The notes under the pieces are model-generated. The model was not told the DNA's origin. It did no database searches and saw only the letters and a list, made by a program, of their open reading frames with translations. A program made the translations under genes and the position numbers. Below are positions 56,997 to 64,000 of a stretch of DNA of 64,000 nucleotides, in pieces. Origin of the DNA: Candidatus Latescibacterota bacterium (GTDB taxonomy: Bacteria > Krumholzibacteriota > Krumholzibacteriia > WVZY01 > JAKEHA01); assembly GCA_963707635.1 (NCBI GenBank), contig OY970173.1, positions 1,472,001 through 1,536,000 of the forward strand. Direction: 5' to 3'. Every line of letters starts with the position of its first letter. Within the stretch, counting starts at the first letter, position 1.

Positions 56997-58850
56997 TCAT
57001 CCCCCGGCCGACTGTCTGGCTCGGTTCAACAACTCCCGGCCGCTCTTGAGCGACGCGTTGTTCGGATCGATGGTCTGGGCCTTGCGAAACGCGCTCTCGG
57101 CGGCATCCCAGTTGCGCAGTCCCAGGTACGCCTGGCCCAGCCCCGCCCACCCGTCGGCATTCTGCGGGTCCGATTCGGTCGCGGACTGGTAGGCCTCGGC
57201 GGCCTCCTCGAAGGAAGACGCTTTCAGGAAACAGAAACCTAGACCCCGGAACGCCCGCGCGTTTTTCGGGTCGATGCTGAGCGCGGTGCGGAACTCGGAG
57301 CGCGCGGCGCCCAGCGAGTCGACCGCCAGGTAGGCCTGACCGAGCAGCGTGTGCCCGATGACCATCTTCGGGTCGAGTGCGAGCGCAGCGCGAAACGTCG
57401 GGATGCACAGGTCCATGCGCTTGGTCTGAAACTGCGCCACCCCCAGGTTCAGGTGGTACAACGGTACCTTCGGGTCGAGACGAATGGCGTGGCTGAAATA
57501 GCCCGCCGCCGAATCCGGGTTGTTGGTCTTGAAGGCGAGCAGCCCGAGCTGGTAGTACGCGTCGGCGTAGGTCGAATCGCCCGCGATCGCCGCGCCCAAG
57601 TTGCGCCGCGCCTCGTCGAGCTTCTTGGTCTCGATCTGATAGCCCGCCAGCAGCGTGTGATCCTTCGGGCTCAACACCAGGCTGTCGGGCAGGGAAGCGT
57701 ACACCGCGGCCGCCCGCGACTGGGTCGCCCGGTCGCGGCTCTTGATCGCCGCGCGCGCGTACGCGATGCGGACGTCCGCCCGCGTGCTGTCGATCTGCAT
57801 GGCCTTGTTGGCCGAGCTCAGCGCCTGGCTCGCGCGCCCCGCCTCGCTGAGCGAATTGACCAGGCCGACCATGGCGTCGAGGTCGTTGGGCTCCTGTTCG
57901 AGATACTTCAGATAGACCTTCGACGACTTGTCGTACTGCTTGGCCATCGCGAACAGGCCCGCGAGATCCTTGAGCACCGGCGCGTAGGTCGAGTCGATCT
58001 GCATCGCCTGGAGATACTTGTCGCGCGCTTCGTTGTAGCGCTCCGCCTTCTGATACAGCGTCCCGGTGAAGTGGACGAACGACGCCGTGGGCGTGACGCT
58101 GGGGTTGTGCAGAACCTCCTCGCACGCGGCAATGGCCAGCGCGGGCACGTTACGCTTCTCGTACACCTGGGCGACGAGCGTCCCGTTGCGCGGGTCCACG
58201 GGGTTGAGATGGAACGCGGTCAGGGCTTCCTTCTCCGCCGACGTGAGGTCGCCTGTCCCCAGGTAGAGGAACGCCATCCCGCGGTGATACAGGTCCTCGC
58301 CCTGGGCGACGCCCTTGCGCGCCGCGCCCCATTCGAGGAAGGTCTTGGCCTTGTCCCACTTGCGGTCCCGCAGCTGGAGCCGCCCCTCGCCGTAGATCGC
58401 CGGCCAGTAACCCGAATTGAGTTTGTAGGCCGCGTGGATCTGTTCCGCGCCTTCCTCCCAGCGCTCGGAGTCGATGAGCAGCAGGCCGAGCCCGGCGTGC
58501 GCCTCGGCGAAGCCCTTGCTGTTCTCCCGCTTCTGTGCGCTCAGCGCTTCGCGGAACAGACTCTCCGCGTTCTCGAAGCGCCCCTCGCGGACCATGACCT
58601 CCGCGAGGCCCCAGTTCGCCTTGGGCAGCTCGTAGTTGTTCGCGATGGCTTCTTCGAACGCGGTCCTGGCCGCGGCGATGTCGTTCTTCTCGAGCGCCTT
58701 GATGCCGACGCGGATGGGATCTCCCTCGTAGCTGTAGTTCTTCTGCGCCACACTCGGCGAAAAGACAAGGCACTGCATCACCAGCGCGGCCGCGCCCGCG
58801 CGGGCAACGTGGTGGAGACAACGGGGAAGTTTCGGGAATTGACAACGCAC
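56997..58850 (-). CDS. Exported tetratricopeptide-repeat protein
   Basis: Signal-like N-terminus; many TPR units (e.g. AYYQLG...A..YF..AI.LDP). Confidence 0.9.
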   Translation of the reverse strand: MRCQFPKLPRCLHHVARAGAAALVMQCLVFSPSVAQKNYSYEGDPIRVGIKALEKNDIAAARTAFEEAIANNYELPKANWGLAEVMVREGRFENAESLFREALSAQKRENSKGFAEAHAGLGLLLIDSERWEEGAEQIHAAYKLNSGYWPAIYGEGRLQLRDRKWDKAKTFLEWGAARKGVAQGEDLYHRGMAFLYLGTGDLTSAEKEALTAFHLNPVDPRNGTLVAQVYEKRNVPALAIAACEEVLHNPSVTPTASFVHFTGTLYQKAERYNEARDKYLQAMQIDSTYAPVLKDLAGLFAMAKQYDKSSKVYLKYLEQEPNDLDAMVGLVNSLSEAGRASQALSSANKAMQIDSTRADVRIAYARAAIKSRDRATQSRAAAVYASLPDSLVLSPKDHTLLAGYQIETKKLDEARRNLGAAIAGDSTYADAYYQLGLLAFKTNNPDSAAGYFSHAIRLDPKVPLYHLNLGVAQFQTKRMDLCIPTFRAALALDPKMVIGHTLLGQAYLAVDSLGAARSEFRTALSIDPKNARAFRGLGFCFLKASSFEEAAEAYQSATESDPQNADGWAGLGQAYLGLRNWDAAESAFRKAQTIDPNNASLKSGRELLNRARQSAGG

Positions 58851-58866
58851 AGCGATCGGCCCTCCG

Positions 58867-59814
58867 TCAGTTGGAACTGCCCAGCGGGTGACGCGTCAGA
58901 CTGATCGGCCGCCAGGTCTGCCGGGCAGGTAGAAAACCCGCGCGTTCGACCTGGCGCTGTCCGCGGTCACCGGTTAGAAACGTCACGAACATCGCCCCCC
59001 GCACACTCCCATCCTTGAGGCACCCCACATAGAGATAATGATAGAGCGGATACTCGCCGTAGCCGACCTGCTCGTAGCCGGGTCGCACCGCCACCGCGGC
59101 GGTATCCGGCCGCACGGCCAGGACGCGGATTCCCACGCTGTCGGGGAGCGTGAGCGTGCTCCCGATGCCGATGCCGCGCGGGTCGGCGGCCACCGCCTGC
59201 AGCACGGCCGCCTCGTCGACCAGGAACGTGGCGCCCTCGGGCGCCGGCTCATCCGGCGCCACGCCGAGCCCGGCGCGAAACGCGTCCCACAGCCCCTGGT
59301 TCGGGTCGGGCGCGTACAAGCGGTCGAAACGCGCGTCGCGCTCGCCGCGCACGAATCGGCGCAGGTCGTCCATCGCCAGCGCGTCGAGGCCCGACGACGG
59401 GTTGCCGAGCAGCGCGATCCCGCCCAGCGCGATCGGATAGTATACCACGGTGTCGTTAACGGCTGACTTGACGATCGCCTGCTCCGCCCGCGTCGGCGGG
59501 CGGTACAGGAGCCCTACCGCCGCGTCCCGGTTGGCCAGCGCTTCGAGCGCCCGGACCGTCCCTCCGTCCCGGGTCAGGACGTGCAAGTCCGGGAACTCTC
59601 GATGGTACCCTTGAACCAGCGGCGGAATCAATCCCGGAGCCAACTCTAGCCCGACCAGGGTAATGGTCTTGACCGTGTCGCTTTCGGTGGGGAATCGAAA
59701 GCCGAGGCCGCGCTGCGCGGACTGACCACGTATCAAGAATACGACGGCGACCACCGCCGCATAGAACGCGACGCGCACGAACAGACGGGGTGGTCGGCGG
59801 CGAGATGGCTCCAT
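58867..59814 (-). CDS. PstS-like (PBP2 fold) membrane-anchored substrate-binding protein
   Basis: N-terminal TM; GGTVRALEAL, IALGGIA, YPLYHYLY and F..FLTG.RGQR pattern of PBP_like_2 proteins. Confidence 0.75.
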   Translation of the reverse strand: MEPSRRRPPRLFVRVAFYAAVVAVVFLIRGQSAQRGLGFRFPTESDTVKTITLVGLELAPGLIPPLVQGYHREFPDLHVLTRDGGTVRALEALANRDAAVGLLYRPPTRAEQAIVKSAVNDTVVYYPIALGGIALLGNPSSGLDALAMDDLRRFVRGERDARFDRLYAPDPNQGLWDAFRAGLGVAPDEPAPEGATFLVDEAAVLQAVAADPRGIGIGSTLTLPDSVGIRVLAVRPDTAAVAVRPGYEQVGYGEYPLYHYLYVGCLKDGSVRGAMFVTFLTGDRGQRQVERAGFLPARQTWRPISLTRHPLGSSN

Positions 59815-59894
59815 AAGGACGTATCGTCGGGCTCCAGCCCGGCAAACCAGCGCGCTGTGAACGGTACGGCGAAGGAGCGATCGCCCGCTGCTGG

Positions 59895-59972
59895 AATCTA
59901 GTCGACGCTCGCGGGCGTGTCAATGCTCGGCGCCAGATGTCAATTGACATCCCCGGGGACGCCTGCTAAGGT
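59895..59972. promoter_or_regulatory. Divergent sigma70 promoters and a perfect 16-bp palindrome
   Basis: Minus: TTGACA(59923-18)-17-TAGATT; plus: TTGACA(59944-49)-17-TAAGGT with extended TG; palindrome GATGTCAATTGACATC at 59936-59951. Confidence 0.65.
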
Positions 59973-60082
59973 TCCGCGCTACCAATCGCCTGTTCCGACC
60001 CACCGGGACACCGATTCGCGCGTCAACCCGCGGGCGCACGACCCGGGAAGGCAGTCCTTATCAGGCTAGGAGCGGTTCACCG

Positions 60083-60880
60083 ATGATTCGAGAGTTGGTT
60101 GCTTGGTGTGCGGTGGGCACGGTCGGCTTGGCTCTCGCCGGCTGCCACAAGAAAGAGGCGCCGGTCGACCCCTACATGACCGCCACCCTCCGCGAGGCCG
60201 TGTACGGTGAGGTTGTCAGCCCCGACTTCAAGTACAAGCTCGTCAACCCGCAGATCGTCGACGGACTCGGCGAGTTCGTCGTGATTCAGCAGAGCAAGCA
60301 GACCGAGTTCCTGGTGGCGAATGGCCTCGCCGCCAAGGTCGACTCGCTGCCGGACAAGTCGGCACTGACGTTCAACGTGATCAAGCAGTTCCAGCCGATG
60401 GTCCATTTCCTGTGCGTGGACATCATTTCGCCGACGGATTCGATCTCCGTGGCCAGCGACAAGCCGATCGCATTCCCGCGCACCGCGGACGCCGCCGGCT
60501 TCGACCCGCCCACCGACTACGTCCGCACCGAGATGACGCAGTTCCGCTGGAACGACACCGAAGGGTTGCGAAAACTGATCGAGACCAAGCACGACATCCA
60601 CGCCGCGCTCCACCGCGTGGACGAGGACAGCGTTTCCTACTGGGTGCTCGACGGGGACTCGTCGCGGGCCGTGTGGGGCCAGATCCCGCGCCTGCGCGTG
60701 AAGACACCGCGGCCCAGCCTCGAGATCGTGCTGCGGATGCTGGCGCGCACCAACCAGGATTTCGTCGGCGGCATCACCTACGCCGATATCGAGCCGTGGG
60801 ACTTCCGCAAGCAGAACCACATCTGCGGAACGGTCGAGATCGGTTACGTGCGTTTTCTCGACAAGGTGTTCTCGCGCTAG
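60083..60880 (+). CDS. Hypothetical lipoprotein
   Basis: Lipobox LAGC; RBS AGGAG; strong coding-type codon usage; no family recognised. Confidence 0.8.
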   Translation: MIRELVAWCAVGTVGLALAGCHKKEAPVDPYMTATLREAVYGEVVSPDFKYKLVNPQIVDGLGEFVVIQQSKQTEFLVANGLAAKVDSLPDKSALTFNVIKQFQPMVHFLCVDIISPTDSISVASDKPIAFPRTADAAGFDPPTDYVRTEMTQFRWNDTEGLRKLIETKHDIHAALHRVDEDSVSYWVLDGDSSRAVWGQIPRLRVKTPRPSLEIVLRMLARTNQDFVGGITYADIEPWDFRKQNHICGTVEIGYVRFLDKVFSR

Positions 60881-60959
60881 CCCGGCGTCGATCGCGCGCG
60901 AGAGGAGTGAGAGGGGCGCTGCGCGGCGGCGCCCCTCGTCGTTGGTGGGGGAGCGTTGC

Positions 60960-62066
60960 ATGCTGCGAGCCGTGTGGATGTCCCTGTTCTCGCTGGCGGT
61001 GGCGTTTTGCGCCGTCGAGCTGACCCTCCGCCTCACCCACGCCTTTGGCGCCCGCCTGGCCTGGACCGAGCCCGACCCCGAGATCGGCTACCGCTTCACC
61101 CCGGGGCGCGAGTACTGGTTCCGCGGCGAGAACGACCACCCCATCACGGGCCGGATCAACGCGCTGGGATGGCGCGATCGCGACCGCACGCGCGCGAAGC
61201 CGGATGGCGTGTTCCGCGTGGCGGTGGTGGGCGACAGCTACGTGGAAGCGTTTCAGGTGGAGCTGGACTCGACCTTCGGGGCCATCGCGGAGCGCGAACT
61301 GAACGCGCGCGGATTGAATCGTGTCGAGGTGATGAATTTCGGCCGCTCCGGCATGACCACCACCGAAGAGCTGCTGGTGCTCGATCGTGACATTGTCCCC
61401 TCTCGCCCCGATGTGGTCGTGCTCGTGTTTACGCCGCAGAACGACATCGCCGATGTCGACCCCGCGACGGCGGACACGCGCCTGCGCCCATTCTACCGGG
61501 TCGGCGCCGACGGGTCGTTGCAACTCGACACATCTTTTCGCGGCAGCGGCGCGTACCGGAACCGCGCGCGCATCAACCCGCTCAAGCAACATTCCGCGCT
61601 GGTCTCGCTGGTGGCCGAGCGCACCAACGCGTGGCGACTCGCGCGCGCGCCCGCCACGGGCGGAACGCACCGCCTCACACGCGAGCAGTCGCTGTGCACG
61701 GCGTCCCCCGACCCGCAGTTCCGGTCCAATTTCGGACTGACCCAACGCTTGCTGGCCGAGTTCGTCCGGCGTTGCGCGGCGCACGGGGTGGTGTGTGTGC
61801 TCATGGCGGTTCCGCTGGCGTACGAGCACGACCAGGTGCGCGCGTGCCGCGCGCTGGATCCGACCTTCGACCCGCAGTTTTTCGACCGCCAGCTCGGCGC
61901 ACTCGCGGACACGACCGGGGCCGCGGCGATCGCGCTCACTGAACGGTTCGCGCGCCGGGACGAGACGGGAGGCCCGCGCCTGCGGTGGGCGCACTGGAGC
62001 TACGCCGGGCACCGGGAAGTGGCGGCCGCGCTAGTCGAAGCGATCCGCGGGTGGGAATCAAGATAA
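60960..62066 (+). CDS. SGNH/GDSL hydrolase family membrane-anchored protein
   Basis: GDSY block I, NFGRSG, QND and HWSYAGH. Confidence 0.85.
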   Translation: MLRAVWMSLFSLAVAFCAVELTLRLTHAFGARLAWTEPDPEIGYRFTPGREYWFRGENDHPITGRINALGWRDRDRTRAKPDGVFRVAVVGDSYVEAFQVELDSTFGAIAERELNARGLNRVEVMNFGRSGMTTTEELLVLDRDIVPSRPDVVVLVFTPQNDIADVDPATADTRLRPFYRVGADGSLQLDTSFRGSGAYRNRARINPLKQHSALVSLVAERTNAWRLARAPATGGTHRLTREQSLCTASPDPQFRSNFGLTQRLLAEFVRRCAAHGVVCVLMAVPLAYEHDQVRACRALDPTFDPQFFDRQLGALADTTGAAAIALTERFARRDETGGPRLRWAHWSYAGHREVAAALVEAIRGWESR

Positions 62067-62154
62067 GGGTCACCAATTAAACGACTTGCACTGGCCTGGC
62101 GCGGGTCGACCGCGCCTGCCCCCGGCGAATCTCCACACTCGGGGAAAATACCCG

Positions 62155-62184
62155 TTGACGCTCTCGCGCAACCCCGGGTATATT
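62155..62184 (+). promoter_or_regulatory. rRNA operon promoter
   Basis: TTGACG, 18 bp, TATATT, then a GC-rich discriminator. Confidence 0.75.
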
Positions 62185-62266
62185 CAGCGGCACCTCAGCG
62201 AATTCGTCCCGATTTCAATTCGGATAGAATTCCTCTCGAACAACGGCCGCATGGCCCTGTTCGCAC

Positions 62267-62278
62267 GATCTTTGAAAA
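62267..62278 (+). promoter_or_regulatory. rrn antitermination boxA
   Basis: GATCTTTGAAAA in the 16S leader. Confidence 0.7.
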
Positions 62279-62491
62279 TTCGGATAGTGTGCGTGAGCTC
62301 AAGTTGATTTCGATTTGAGACCGCAGGCACGTGTCGCCGCTTCCGCGGTGACATCGGCGCTTGTGGTCTTTAAAGAAAAAAGTCATCGAGCCGGCTCTGC
62401 GGACGCACGCGGTAAACGGATGCTCGCAAGAGTGTCCGCGTTATGTGTGTTTCGTCGAGTCGTGTTCTGGTGCAATGGATGAAAATCTTCT

Positions 62492-64000
<1,509 letters not shown>

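Overview
This is a very GC-rich (by eye roughly 65-70%) bacterial chromosomal window with about 40 protein genes and most of a 16S rRNA gene at the right end. The 16S signatures and the secreted proteins with FlgD/T9SS-like tails point to an FCB-superphylum candidate lineage (Krumholzibacteriota/Latescibacterota/Eisenbacteria-like); this is inference, not a database result. Housekeeping content: carAB, clpB, acyl-CoA dehydrogenase-etfBA, alr, deoB, PBP1A, tyrS, a membrane pyrophosphatase and an rrn promoter with 16S. Most notable accessory content: (1) a 15-kb tandem triplet of ~1650-aa gingipain-like (C25) proteases with FN3 and FG-GAP domains that share a near-identical ~0.47-kb G-rich C-terminal DNA cassette; (2) a sigma54 two-component module beside a consensus -24/-12 promoter for a helical-repeat protein, a single-repeat lipoprotein and an outer-membrane beta-barrel; (3) a degenerate 5'-nucleotidase-fold protein with a CxC motif fused to a tetraheme cytochrome; (4) a thiolase-fold enzyme lacking both canonical cysteines, paired with DUF35; (5) a PstS-like/TPR/ExbB/ExbD/ExbD/TonB cluster; (6) a PyrR-type attenuator before carAB. 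Most sigma70 promoters found have 18-bp spacers and several genes look leaderless. Three genes carry single-base frameshifts (error or decay). No tRNA, CRISPR, transposase, integrase or prophage was seen. All calls were made by eye from motifs; no searches were run.
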